From assembly GCA_038893995.1 (NCBI GenBank), contig JAWAQK010000018.1, forward strand, positions 10,823-40,322: DNA of 29,500 nt, given 5' to 3'. Below are positions 1 through 9,549 of the stretch, in pieces (position 1 is the first letter of the stretch; each line of letters begins with the position of its first letter). The position numbers were made by a program, and so were the translations under genes. The DNA comes from Candidatus Thorarchaeota archaeon. Its GTDB lineage: Archaea > Asgardarchaeota > Thorarchaeia > Thorarchaeales > Thorarchaeaceae. The notes below the pieces were generated by a model. The model searched no databases, was not told the origin of the DNA, and saw nothing but the letters and a program-made list of their open reading frames with translations.

Positions 1-1356
1 GAATAGCTCCATCATCTCACTCTTCCTGACCTTCTCGCCTGGGTTTTCCGATATTCTCTTGATACGATTCAGGGATCTGGTCATCTCCTCCTCGGAGATA
101 CTTGGGTTTCTTCTCCTCATCTCCTGGGTTATCAGGGCGGGCGTGACCTGAGTCCATCCCTGGCTTTTTCGTAATGTCCGCTCGAGTTTGCGGTACAGCA
201 GCTTTACAGCCCTGGGATAGTCTTCTCCTGCAGTGTAGTACGCCATTCTCTCCGAGAAGTATGTCTCTCCCTTACGCATGAAAACCTCTGAAACTGACTT
301 CAGTTCTGGTTTCTTTGGCTCTGGAATGTACCTCCTCAATCCGGCAATAGTGATGAGTGGATACAACGCAGAAACATACGGCAATGTTGAGAGCCACAAC
401 ACACGACTCATGTACACGCCAAAGAAGAACTCCGTCTGATGCCAGGGCACCGCAAGAAGATTCTCGCAGAACAGAAATGGCATATCTGTCCTTCCATTGG
501 CGAGCCATTCAATGAGATTGGAACAGAATTGTCTGTTGCCTCCGCGATCTATCATGTCGTTGTTAAACAGGCTCGGATCACTCACCACAACAAGCCTTGC
601 AGGTAGTCCGATTCCCATCATCTGACCCAGATCAACAGCCCCCACAACCGGAAGGACGCCACTCCACTCGTCAGGATCCGGGTATGGCTGCGGGTCTGAT
701 ATGTTCTTCTCGCACCACGTACGTGGCGACGTCCATGCAATGCCGCTCATTCCAACGATAGTCTTGGGACTTAACGCCGTCGCCCAGTTGAGATGAAGTC
801 CTCCCGCGTCCAAAACGCCTTGCGTCAAGTATCCCCCTTCGCCTGGTGCGGCATTGAAGCGGGTAATCACAGGAAGCTTCGGAGTCTTGTCGTACGAGTC
901 CAAGTCGAGCAGGACGCCGCCAGTGAACGCCACAAAACCCTCGAGTGGAATCTGTCCTCCGATCTGGCCTGCAATAAACTGATTCAGGATATAGAAAGAC
1001 GAGTTGGCTGAACCGAAGTCATCCGCAATCAGAATTGAGCCTCCCGCCATTAGATGTTGGAAGATCACAAGGACCGTGTCCATGGTGAAATCCTTGACTG
1101 GTCCCATAATTGCCAACACCGCGTTACCCTCGTACCTTGATACCACGCTCGTGGAGGACTGAATGGGTCTTACCTCTCTGCCAGAGGTTTCAATCATGAT
1201 TCGAAACTCGCTAAGGCCATTCCATTCCTCGTTGTAGATACTGAAGTCATAGGTGTAGTTGACCGTTCCTCCAAGGAGGCTGACTGCTGCCATCATGCCC
1301 ATGGGAAACCATGTCAGCACGAATACCAGTGTCCAGAATGCCTCCCTCTTCTGCAA
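1..1356 (-). CDS. DUF4350-like membrane-anchored protein, 3'-truncated by the window edge
   Basis: Absent from the ORF track because no stop lies inside the window. Manual translation from TTG at 1356 (GAGGAGG RBS just upstream) gives MQKREAFWTLVFVLTWFPMGMMAAVSLLGG..YDFSIYNEEWNGLSEFR..GGSILIADDFGSANS. The same frame is still open at base 1 (..GEKVRKSEMMELF). The S-x-Y-N-x-x-W-N-G-L-S and GG-x-L-x-ADDFG motifs match archaeal DUF4350-type proteins as I recall them. Confidence 0.75.
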   Translation of the reverse strand, partial: MQKREAFWTLVFVLTWFPMGMMAAVSLLGGTVNYTYDFSIYNEEWNGLSEFRIMIETSGREVRPIQSSTSVVSRYEGNAVLAIMGPVKDFTMDTVLVIFQHLMAGGSILIADDFGSANSSFYILNQFIAGQIGGQIPLEGFVAFTGGVLLDLDSYDKTPKLPVITRFNAAPGEGGYLTQGVLDAGGLHLNWATALSPKTIVGMSGIAWTSPRTWCEKNISDPQPYPDPDEWSGVLPVVGAVDLGQMMGIGLPARLVVVSDPSLFNNDMIDRGGNRQFCSNLIEWLANGRTDMPFLFCENLLAVPWHQTEFFFGVYMSRVLWLSTLPYVSALYPLITIAGLRRYIPEPKKPELKSVSEVFMRKGETYFSERMAYYTAGEDYPRAVKLLYRKLERTLRKSQGWTQVTPALITQEMRRRNPSISEEEMTRSLNRIKRISENPGEKVRKSEMMELF

Positions 1357-1373
1357 CTGGTCTGCCTCCTCTA

Positions 1374-4300
1374 TTATCCCCTGGCCGTACCAATGTCGAT
1401 CCGCGGATACAGGTCTGTGAATATTCTCATGGCGTTCTCATACTTTTCCAGTGTTATTTCGTGCTTGGAGAAGCGGGCTTCCTGGTACGCCTCCAGGAAT
1501 TCGCTGACCATTGTCTGATCAATTGGGACCGATTTCATGACTCTCTCCATGTAGGCCCGCGGCGTCTCATGCCTTGCTCGCTCGGAACCCGTCTTTGCGC
1601 CGCACATTTGCTCGAATGTCTTGTAGGCCAGTATTATTGCCGCCGCATACTTTCCTGCGTCTGCAAGCTTCTTGATGTTCCTGAGCTTTCCGTAGGTGTC
1701 AACACCCGACAATGTCACGCGCCTACGACGGGGGTATATCCGTTTGAAGAAGTAAATCAGCGCAACTACCCCTGCGCCGAATCCAAATGCTCCAACAGCC
1801 ATCATTATGTCGAATGGGGACTGCGTATTACCACCTGCCTCTACTCTGACGATATAGCTACCAATGAGGATATCTCCTAGCTGCGTACGCAGTGAAACAT
1901 TAAACGAATATATCCCAATCTCAGCTCTATCAGCCAGCGTGGTACTGAATCTACCGTCCTGATCTGTCGTCGCTACAAACGTCCTATCTATACCCTCGAT
2001 CTCGACGCTCACAACTCTAGTCGCTATCGGCAACCCCACATCGTCAGTCAGCCTGCCCGAGATGGCGAGTGGTGCTCCTGCAACAATCCGGTCACTCAAT
2101 GAACTTAGAACAATGTTTCGGAAGACATGGACGGTCGTGGAGAATGTGAGGTTGCTGGGCCCCAGGTATTCGCCTCCCCCATACTCAAAGGTCAAGATAC
2201 ACTGTCCACTCCGTGGCCAGTCGTTGGGTATTGCTATCTGAAAATACTGCACCCCGTTGCCCGCAAACATGATACTGGCAATGGCAGTTGCATTCAGAAG
2301 TACGATGATTTGTCCCGGTCTATAGACACCATCTTCATCACTGAGTAGTATGGATACCGTGAATGTTTCCTGTGGCATTACGCTAATGCTGTCCCCCGAC
2401 TCACCCATCAATTGTGTCCTCAGGAATAGATCCACGGTCTTCCACGTGGTAGGGCTGCCGAGCGTGTAGAATGAACTCATGATGGCGACTCTTACTTCAT
2501 ATTGTCCACCGGCCAGAGAATGGGGGACCGTGATTTCGACATGGAATGTGCCATCAGGTCCTGTCTGAATTGTGCCTGATACCTGAGTGCCGTTGAGTGT
2601 GATCGTCAGCGGTACGTCCCCCACCCCTCCATTTGAGTTTGAGATCTGACCAACAACAAGCACGTGGTACCCCCTGTAGACTATGTCTGGCGTCACGGAA
2701 TTGACTACTATGCTAATCATATCGAATACACTGAGAGCGTTGGAGGGAGAGTTGATATTCTGATAGTAACTCTGTGGTGGTACCACACGAACACGAAACG
2801 TTAGCTCTCCGACTGGCTCACTCCACTGGATCTGATACACAAGGACGAACCGCCCATACTCATCTGTAACGTTCATCGCCCGTATTGTGTTGCGCCAGAG
2901 GAGCACGACTTGGTAACCCCCGAGTTCAGTCCCGTTGCTCAGTGTCACCGTGCCCCGAATGATCACAGTTTGCCCTCTATAGACCGGCGACTCATAGGTG
3001 ATCGTCCCCCAACTGACGATGAGGTAACTGACATTCACTTCCCTCTGAGGGCTCTCGACACTACTTACCATTGGGTCTGTACTGGTATAGTTGCATTTGA
3101 ATCGGTATATACCAGGGGCCTGAGTGGGCCAACTGAGCATGTATACAAACCGATAGTATCCCAACTGATCCGTGGTATCGTTGCCAATGAGGATCCATGA
3201 GGTCCCACTCAAGAGATAGATCCTGATGAGGACGTTCTGCATCGGTGCTGAGGTGCTGGCGTGAGTCAGGAACCCCTCTATCGTGATTGACTGGTCTATG
3301 TTCACATTAGTCGGAACAGTCATACTCAGAACTAGCTCATAGAGTGCGAGCTCGATCACACGTTCGGTCGAGGTAGCATTGTCCCACAGCGGATTCACAG
3401 TGTTTCCTAAGAACACCGCCCATAGTTGTACGACTGACTGACTGTCCTTATCTGGGGAGCAGTTGTAGAAGTAGACGAAACTTCCAGTTGGGCCAGTCGG
3501 ACCTGGATAGAGCGCCTGGATCGTACCATTGCTCCAGCGCCAATATATGACTACACTCTGTCCCTCGATAGGTGTGCTGTTGTGCTCAAATCTCAACTGT
3601 CCAGCTATGCGGACGGTCTCGTTCAGATGATACAGGGTGAGATCAGTATCGATTGTGATGGACAGTCGATATAGTCTAAGTTCCAGTCTCGTTTGGTTCG
3701 AAACGTCTTGATAGAGCAACGAGTTGGACACAAACGACACTACAACCAGGACGTTGCCCGGGCTATCTGCAAGTGAGAGATTGTAGTGGAATACGAAGGA
3801 TCCGTCGTTGCTGGTCCTCACCCGGAATGTCTGGGTCCCCATCCGGTCCGACCACTGGAGTGTCAGGTTGGTCGGCGGCAGGGCTGTCCCATTGTGTACA
3901 AGAAACAAGCCTCCGGATATGGTGACTATCTCGTCCAAGAAATAGCTATTCCGATCGGAGGTCAGGGGGAGTCTTGTGGGCCAGCTCACGACCGTGATGC
4001 TGATATTCTCCGATCTCGCCCCCTCGTAGAGCGGATCGGTCGAGATGTATTCGCTCCAGCAGAGCAGAGTGCCAACGAAATCCGCTGGCACTGCATATGA
4101 GAAGTTGTAGTATCCCCCTTGACCTGTGACAATTGTTCCAGAGTTCATCAGAACAGGGCCGCTGTATATGTATACATTCACACTCTTTCCCACTAATCCT
4201 GATGAGTTACGTCGATCTACCAAGTTTCCGTATAGATTGAAGCGCTCTGTGGGATGTGCAATGTTAGAAGGGGCGCTCGAAAATATGGATATTCGAGCTC

Positions 4301-6533
4301 CCATAGACTCTAGTCTGATGCCGATGGGTGTGGTAGTGCTGTTGGTTATGAGTGGTAATGTACTCGTCCATACTGCATAGACATAGTATACGCCATAGGT
4401 CATGTTGTCTGGAATCGGATACTCGAAAGTGAAGGATCCATCAAGCTCAGTCTGTGGGGTCCCAATCAGCACTTCCCCGAGGACAATGCCCACGGTCTGT
4501 CCAGCAAGACTCGTTCCATTCAGAAGCGTGAGGTTGCCCTCGAAACGGACTGTGTCGCCCCGGAACACAAGTGTTGCGTTGACTGTCATTCGGAGGTCTG
4601 ATCTCCCCCATATCTCTACAGTAGAGTCATCTGAGCGAGCTGGTAGAAGAAGCGGCACGCCTTCTGGAGTATAGTCACCCGTGTAATTCGAGTATACCGT
4701 GTGAATGCCGAGCCTGACTCTGGGATCAGTGGGAATTACCTGGAGCAGGTACTCATATCTCCCGTCTGACCCTATCATCACACTGGCTATCTCGATACCA
4801 TCCCAGATTATCTGAATGTACCTGTTATAGGTCGGCTGGTAGGGCTGACCGTTTACCGTGAACACTCCATGCAGGCGGAGTGTGTCAAACCAATAGGCGG
4901 TGTAGTTGTCCAGCCCCTGCTTCAAGTCTACACTGACGGTATCACTCACCATGAAGCCAGAGCTGCTGGTCGGGATGCGTAAAGGTTCTGGCACAGCAAC
5001 TACGTAGATCTGTGTTGAATTGGACACCTGCACCCCTCCGATCTGACACATTGCAGAGATCTGATGCAGCCCCACGCTCGATCCAGCTGGAAACACGTAT
5101 GTGACTGTTGCGACCCCCGACGAGTTGGTATAGGCCTGCCCCAATACCACTTGGTCCGTTACATCGAAGAATCTGATTGCCAGCGACGTTCCAGTGGGAT
5201 TGCCTCCTACGGTCAGCCTCGCGTAGAAGTTCATTGAGTGACCTATCTGTACCCATCCCTGGGGTCGGTTGTGGAATACACTCAGTTCTGCCGTACCCAG
5301 ATCAACATTCTCGGGAGGTTCGTCAAGTTGGATGGGCAGTGGAAGTACCTGGATCCACTCTCCGTCCAAGTATGGATTGTTCAGAGGGATATAGACCTCG
5401 ACCCAGAAGATCATATGTCGCACACGAACAGACCTGTACCCTCCTTCTGGATCACCGACAGCATAACCCATCGTAATCCTTGCAGGGATCTCGAGGTATC
5501 TCATGAATACACAGTAGGCTGTTGCAAAGTCCATTGGAAGCCCTCCACCCCTAGCAAGGAACCAGTCCGTGAGCTCCTGACCCGCTGGAGGTCTCTCGTA
5601 GAGATCGGGAGGCATGATCATGAGTTCGAAGTTACTTCGGAAGTATAGACTGACTGCGATGGCGGTCTCATACGCATTGCCAATATTCTCAAACTGTGAT
5701 ATGGTGTTTCTAACGTTCTGGGTCAGGACCACATCGTTCAGTGTTGGTCGGCCGTACATGGACGTGATGCTCGGTGGAGCATCGATGCCGTCCATTGCTG
5801 CGGACGCTATGTACTCGAGGTCCTGTCTTCGGTATGTTACCTCGTAGCTGACAAGCACATTCTCCCCAGTCCTGGCCTGCAACAGGGGTCTGAACAGCAG
5901 TGTGCCATAATCATCTGTCACCAGTTCGTAGTCTATCAGTCTGCTCTCAGCGTCCACCTGGTACTGTCCGTTCACTATTCGACCTGTTCTGAAGGAGTCC
6001 TCTATGACGAGGATCTCGGGGAACAGGGACGGAAGTTCTACAGTTCCGACGTACGGACCTGCAGTGATGTTCAATAGCACGATGTAGATGGGGTTCCCGA
6101 GCTGTTGCGCCTCTTCCCGAGTTACTAGTTCGGTATGTGAGAGATCTCTCTCCGATTCTGGTCTACTCTTGGCCCAAGTACTTCCATCATACGAGTCATA
6201 TGCGGTCGTTCGCCAGAGCTGTGGTGGATCCTCCGGTGCTACATAGAATATGACATTGTCAAGGTTCTGAAGAAGGTTCGCAGGAGGAGTCCAATCGAGG
6301 GGGAGATGGGTGTAGTTTGTTCCCTCAAACCAGCTGGATCTTCCCCCGGCCCAGGGGATGTCGTACGGCCACGGGCCGATGCTCTGATATTCCTCGTGAG
6401 GTATCTGAGACCGAGGTTGCCCAAACTGGACCAAGACGAAGGAGTATGTCGACCAGATTATTATCGCAAGTACCACAAATGAACCAATCAGTGTTCCGAT
6501 TCTTGTCCCGGAACGGCGTGCAACCTCAGCCAA
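1374..6533 (-). CDS. Large surface protein (1719 aa): N-terminal TM, transglutaminase-like domain (apparently inactive), tandem Ig-like modules, TM, C-terminal DUF4129-like domain
   Basis: TTG start with GAGGTGG RBS. TgpA-like motifs WRTTAYDSYDGSTW, FATAYCVFMRYLEIPARITMGY and WVEVY. Repeated T-x-x-x-G-x-F/Y motifs. Hydrophobic IMMAVGAFGFGAGVVALIYFF followed by KRIYPRRRR. Tail has HETPRAY..YQEARFSKHEIT. Confidence 0.85.
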   Translation of the reverse strand: MAEVARRSGTRIGTLIGSFVVLAIIIWSTYSFVLVQFGQPRSQIPHEEYQSIGPWPYDIPWAGGRSSWFEGTNYTHLPLDWTPPANLLQNLDNVIFYVAPEDPPQLWRTTAYDSYDGSTWAKSRPESERDLSHTELVTREEAQQLGNPIYIVLLNITAGPYVGTVELPSLFPEILVIEDSFRTGRIVNGQYQVDAESRLIDYELVTDDYGTLLFRPLLQARTGENVLVSYEVTYRRQDLEYIASAAMDGIDAPPSITSMYGRPTLNDVVLTQNVRNTISQFENIGNAYETAIAVSLYFRSNFELMIMPPDLYERPPAGQELTDWFLARGGGLPMDFATAYCVFMRYLEIPARITMGYAVGDPEGGYRSVRVRHMIFWVEVYIPLNNPYLDGEWIQVLPLPIQLDEPPENVDLGTAELSVFHNRPQGWVQIGHSMNFYARLTVGGNPTGTSLAIRFFDVTDQVVLGQAYTNSSGVATVTYVFPAGSSVGLHQISAMCQIGGVQVSNSTQIYVVAVPEPLRIPTSSSGFMVSDTVSVDLKQGLDNYTAYWFDTLRLHGVFTVNGQPYQPTYNRYIQIIWDGIEIASVMIGSDGRYEYLLQVIPTDPRVRLGIHTVYSNYTGDYTPEGVPLLLPARSDDSTVEIWGRSDLRMTVNATLVFRGDTVRFEGNLTLLNGTSLAGQTVGIVLGEVLIGTPQTELDGSFTFEYPIPDNMTYGVYYVYAVWTSTLPLITNSTTTPIGIRLESMGARISIFSSAPSNIAHPTERFNLYGNLVDRRNSSGLVGKSVNVYIYSGPVLMNSGTIVTGQGGYYNFSYAVPADFVGTLLCWSEYISTDPLYEGARSENISITVVSWPTRLPLTSDRNSYFLDEIVTISGGLFLVHNGTALPPTNLTLQWSDRMGTQTFRVRTSNDGSFVFHYNLSLADSPGNVLVVVSFVSNSLLYQDVSNQTRLELRLYRLSITIDTDLTLYHLNETVRIAGQLRFEHNSTPIEGQSVVIYWRWSNGTIQALYPGPTGPTGSFVYFYNCSPDKDSQSVVQLWAVFLGNTVNPLWDNATSTERVIELALYELVLSMTVPTNVNIDQSITIEGFLTHASTSAPMQNVLIRIYLLSGTSWILIGNDTTDQLGYYRFVYMLSWPTQAPGIYRFKCNYTSTDPMVSSVESPQREVNVSYLIVSWGTITYESPVYRGQTVIIRGTVTLSNGTELGGYQVVLLWRNTIRAMNVTDEYGRFVLVYQIQWSEPVGELTFRVRVVPPQSYYQNINSPSNALSVFDMISIVVNSVTPDIVYRGYHVLVVGQISNSNGGVGDVPLTITLNGTQVSGTIQTGPDGTFHVEITVPHSLAGGQYEVRVAIMSSFYTLGSPTTWKTVDLFLRTQLMGESGDSISVMPQETFTVSILLSDEDGVYRPGQIIVLLNATAIASIMFAGNGVQYFQIAIPNDWPRSGQCILTFEYGGGEYLGPSNLTFSTTVHVFRNIVLSSLSDRIVAGAPLAISGRLTDDVGLPIATRVVSVEIEGIDRTFVATTDQDGRFSTTLADRAEIGIYSFNVSLRTQLGDILIGSYIVRVEAGGNTQSPFDIMMAVGAFGFGAGVVALIYFFKRIYPRRRRVTLSGVDTYGKLRNIKKLADAGKYAAAIILAYKTFEQMCGAKTGSERARHETPRAYMERVMKSVPIDQTMVSEFLEAYQEARFSKHEITLEKYENAMRIFTDLYPRIDIGTARG

Positions 6534-6688
6534 CTATTGCCACCTCGTCCTCAGTGGACAACACATCTAGCAAGAACGTAGTTCCAGGGCGTTCCTCGAA
6601 CGAGTTAATTAAAGGATTTCTTGTTGATGCCGTAGTCGATATGTGACATGACACTGCATGGTGCCTATTCTGGGAGAAATGGTGTCCT

Positions 6689-7288
6689 ATGGTGACTGAC
6701 GAGGAGAAGATACCAGAGTCTGAGATTGATGGCTTTGTCAGGAGAGAACTGGACAGATGGCAACTCGGCGCACACTCATACGATCACACTCGCCGCGTGA
6801 TGCGTCTGTCTAAAGAGATGGGAAAGCCTCTTGGGGCGAACATGAGAGTGTTGGTTGCGGCTTCATTGCTACATGACATTGGTAGACCCAGAGAGGCCGC
6901 GACTGGCATATCGCACTCTATACTATCCGGTGAGATGAGTAGGGACCTTCTCTCCAGGCTGGACTACTCGCCCCAAGAGATCGACCATGTCTTGTCATGC
7001 ATCCGGACACATAGATTCAGCGAGGGTCTGCGTCCCACCTCTCTTGAGGGCGAGATCCTCAGCGATGCCGACAAGATCGATGCCATTGGGGCCATCGGGA
7101 TATACAGGGCGGTCGCAGAGTCAAGCATGAATGGACGGGGCATCAAGGGCTTTCTCGACCACGCTGAGGAGAAGTTGCTGAAACTGAAGGACATGATGTA
7201 TACAGAGATTGGCAGACAGATCGCAGGTGAACGTCACAGATTGCTACAGCAGTATGTTGAGGCTCTGAGAGCTGAACTTGACGACTGA
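6689..7288 (+). CDS. HD-domain phosphohydrolase
   Basis: HSYDHTRRV..LLHDIGR..SHS..THRF..DADKIDAIGAIG metal-binding motifs. Confidence 0.9.
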   Translation: MVTDEEKIPESEIDGFVRRELDRWQLGAHSYDHTRRVMRLSKEMGKPLGANMRVLVAASLLHDIGRPREAATGISHSILSGEMSRDLLSRLDYSPQEIDHVLSCIRTHRFSEGLRPTSLEGEILSDADKIDAIGAIGIYRAVAESSMNGRGIKGFLDHAEEKLLKLKDMMYTEIGRQIAGERHRLLQQYVEALRAELDD

Positions 7289-7867
7289 CTAGCCCGCGCG
7301 TCTGGATAGGTACAGTTCGAGATACGACTCCCGAATCGAGTTTGCTGGATCGAGGCCCAGTCTCGATACCATCGCAAGGAGTCGGTTCCTGTTGACATCA
7401 ATCTCCTCTTCTGCTTCAACGATCCTTTCAAACTCAACGAAGTGTCCGAGTTCGTCCACACTGTCCAGACCTATTGTAGTCCCCTCAAGTTGGTATACTT
7501 CCCGCTTCTTGCGGATGCGGGCCACCAGCGTGAACCCAAGTTCGGTGAGTATGGTATGCGCGGCAGTGTGATCTTCTATACCGGTTGATGACTCCACTCT
7601 CGTCTTGGTTAACGCGTCAAGTTTGGGCCCTTTGTAAGTCAGTTCCGTGATCACACCACGGCCGTCCTCTCTCAAGAAACTGCGACATCGCAGTCTGAGC
7701 GCCTCATCTGTTTCTGAGAACCGTCTACAGGGGTGTTCATAGTAGGCATCCTCATGTCTCTCCTCTTTCAATGGTGTCGCACCGAGCCTGTGAAGTGCCT
7801 GACGGAGTCTTGTCCGTTCTTCGGCTGTCAGTTTCAGTTTGACCTCCACTTCGACTAGTCTTCCCAA
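7289..7867 (-). CDS. cyaB: CYTH-domain protein (class IV adenylate cyclase CyaB family)
   Basis: EVEVK, DEALRLR, LTYKGP, KKREVY, LDSVDELGHFVEFE and SYLEL motifs. Start placed at TTG 7867 because the ExExK motif is normally at the N-terminus. The ORF-track extension to 8044 is probably intergenic. Confidence 0.85.
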   Translation of the reverse strand: MGRLVEVEVKLKLTAEERTRLRQALHRLGATPLKEERHEDAYYEHPCRRFSETDEALRLRCRSFLREDGRGVITELTYKGPKLDALTKTRVESSTGIEDHTAAHTILTELGFTLVARIRKKREVYQLEGTTIGLDSVDELGHFVEFERIVEAEEEIDVNRNRLLAMVSRLGLDPANSIRESYLELYLSRRAG

Positions 7868-8038
7868 CAGTCTTCGCCCAGTTTCCACTTGTGTTCGTGT
7901 GGATATACATATCTGCCCCCTCGACATGTCAATCAGCAACGACCGGCCATCATCCGTGTCTTTATCACCCGAGACCGAAATCTCAGATCCTCGTACGGCT
8001 GATCCTAGAGTAACATGGTCAAGAAGGTTGGATCTTGA

Positions 8039-9007
8039 ATGCAATACTCACGAGGACTCGTCAGCGATCTTGCTCGCCGTTATGGATATCTAGACTACAT
8101 GATAGAGAGGTATCTGGCTCTGTGGGGCGAGAGCGAAACGGTCCGCTTCTTGGATGCATGTGAACACCCCGTGCGTCCTTCATTACGTGTAAATACACTC
8201 AAGACGAGCCCTGGTGAACTGATCTCACTGCTTCATGAGAGAGGTGTAAGGAGTGAAAAGGTGCCCTGGTTGGAGGAGGGCCTGTGGGCAGATTTCAATG
8301 GTCTCTCTCCCGGCGCAACAATTGAACACATGAGGGGTCTATTCTACATTCAGGGCGTTCCCTCGATGACAGTTGCCCGCGTTTTGGCCCCAAGAGAGGG
8401 TGAGATCGTATTAGACATTGCAAGCGCCCCTGGAGGAAAGACGACTCACTTGGCTCAACTCATGCGGAACACTGGTCTCCTGCTCTCAATTGAGTTTGAT
8501 CGCAGCCGCATTGTCAGGCTCGAGAGCAATATCAGCAGGTGCGGAGTGACGAACTGTGTTGTCCTCAGAGGCGATGCCAAGAAGATCTCGGAATTGGGAC
8601 TGAGAGCAAGATACATACTACTGGATGCGCCGTGTTCGGGAGAGGGTCTTCTTCCCATAGACCCAACAAGGAAGACGAGCAAGACAATGGCCGACATCAG
8701 ATTCTGTGCCACACGAGAGAGTGAGATGCTTGACTCCGCGCTACGGGTACTCGAACCTGGTGGTCACATAGTCTACTCTACATGCTCAGTTGCACCCGAG
8801 GAGGGTGAATTTGTCATAGATGAGGCCCTGAAAAGACATCCCGAGGTCAAGGTCCAGCCGATTGGACTGAGTTTTGGCTCGCCGGCCTACACCAGCCCAT
8901 ATGGCGTCCCAGTCGACAGTTCCATCTCCCTGGCGAGACGATTCCTACCTCATCTCCATGGGACTGAGGGGTTCTTCATCTGTCGCATGTTGAAGGAGGC
9001 GGAGTGA
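8039..9007 (+). CDS. RsmB/NOL1/NOP2 family RNA m5C methyltransferase
   Basis: LRVNTLK, DIASAPGGKT, LLDAPCSGEG and VYSTCS (both catalytic Cys motifs present). Confidence 0.95.
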   Translation: MQYSRGLVSDLARRYGYLDYMIERYLALWGESETVRFLDACEHPVRPSLRVNTLKTSPGELISLLHERGVRSEKVPWLEEGLWADFNGLSPGATIEHMRGLFYIQGVPSMTVARVLAPREGEIVLDIASAPGGKTTHLAQLMRNTGLLLSIEFDRSRIVRLESNISRCGVTNCVVLRGDAKKISELGLRARYILLDAPCSGEGLLPIDPTRKTSKTMADIRFCATRESEMLDSALRVLEPGGHIVYSTCSVAPEEGEFVIDEALKRHPEVKVQPIGLSFGSPAYTSPYGVPVDSSISLARRFLPHLHGTEGFFICRMLKEAE

Positions 9008-9549
9008 TGCAGCTCGAGAATCCCGATCCCTCCCTGTGGGCCGACATTGTACGTCGTATTGATGGAAACTTCGGTGAGGGCGTCACTGCTGGACTTGTGG
9101 GTGAGAACCTACCCGTGGTACTACGAACAGACGGTCGTCTTTCCGTATACTTGATTCCTCCGTCTTGGCCCAGTCTGCTCGGCTCAGTCGATGGTCCCTT
9201 CACGGTGACTTCTCTCGGCGTTCATCTCTGTGACTGGGACGGTACCACACTACGGCTCGGACTGCCCATGATTGAACATCTCTCGAGGTTGACCGAGTGT
9301 AAGATCACGGTGTCCAGCAGGGGAGCACAGGCTTTCACATATGGCCGGAGTCTGATCAAGGAGTCCATTGTCAGTCTGAAGGGCGCCTCCAGAAGGGGTC
9401 AACTCGTGGTAGTCCTGGATGAGAAGAATGTCTGCCTCGGCCTGGCTGCACTATCGGTAGACCCTTCCAGGTTTGACCGACTGGGTCGTAATGATCTCGT
9501 CGCGAGGAATGTGATGGACATAGGTTGGTATATTCGACGTTCCAGTTAG
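9004..9549 (+). CDS. Nip7-like PUA-domain ribosome biogenesis protein
   Basis: AQAFTYGRSL..VVVLDEKNVCLGLA..DIGWYIRR C-terminal PUA signature. Start overlaps the methyltransferase stop (GTG 9004 or ATG 9007). Confidence 0.8.
   Translation: MMQLENPDPSLWADIVRRIDGNFGEGVTAGLVGENLPVVLRTDGRLSVYLIPPSWPSLLGSVDGPFTVTSLGVHLCDWDGTTLRLGLPMIEHLSRLTECKITVSSRGAQAFTYGRSLIKESIVSLKGASRRGQLVVVLDEKNVCLGLAALSVDPSRFDRLGRNDLVARNVMDIGWYIRRSS

Noticed and set aside
1311-1880. 189-aa plus-strand ORF and other short ORFs opposite long genes
   Set aside because: Antisense or off-frame to well-supported genes, with no family signal.
7868-8044. 59-aa N-terminal extension of the CYTH protein
   Set aside because: It precedes the N-terminal ExExK motif, spans the divergent promoter region and overlaps the methyltransferase start.
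9546-9549. Short convergent stop-codon overlaps (also 19169-19172)
   Set aside because: Ordinary in compact archaeal genomes.
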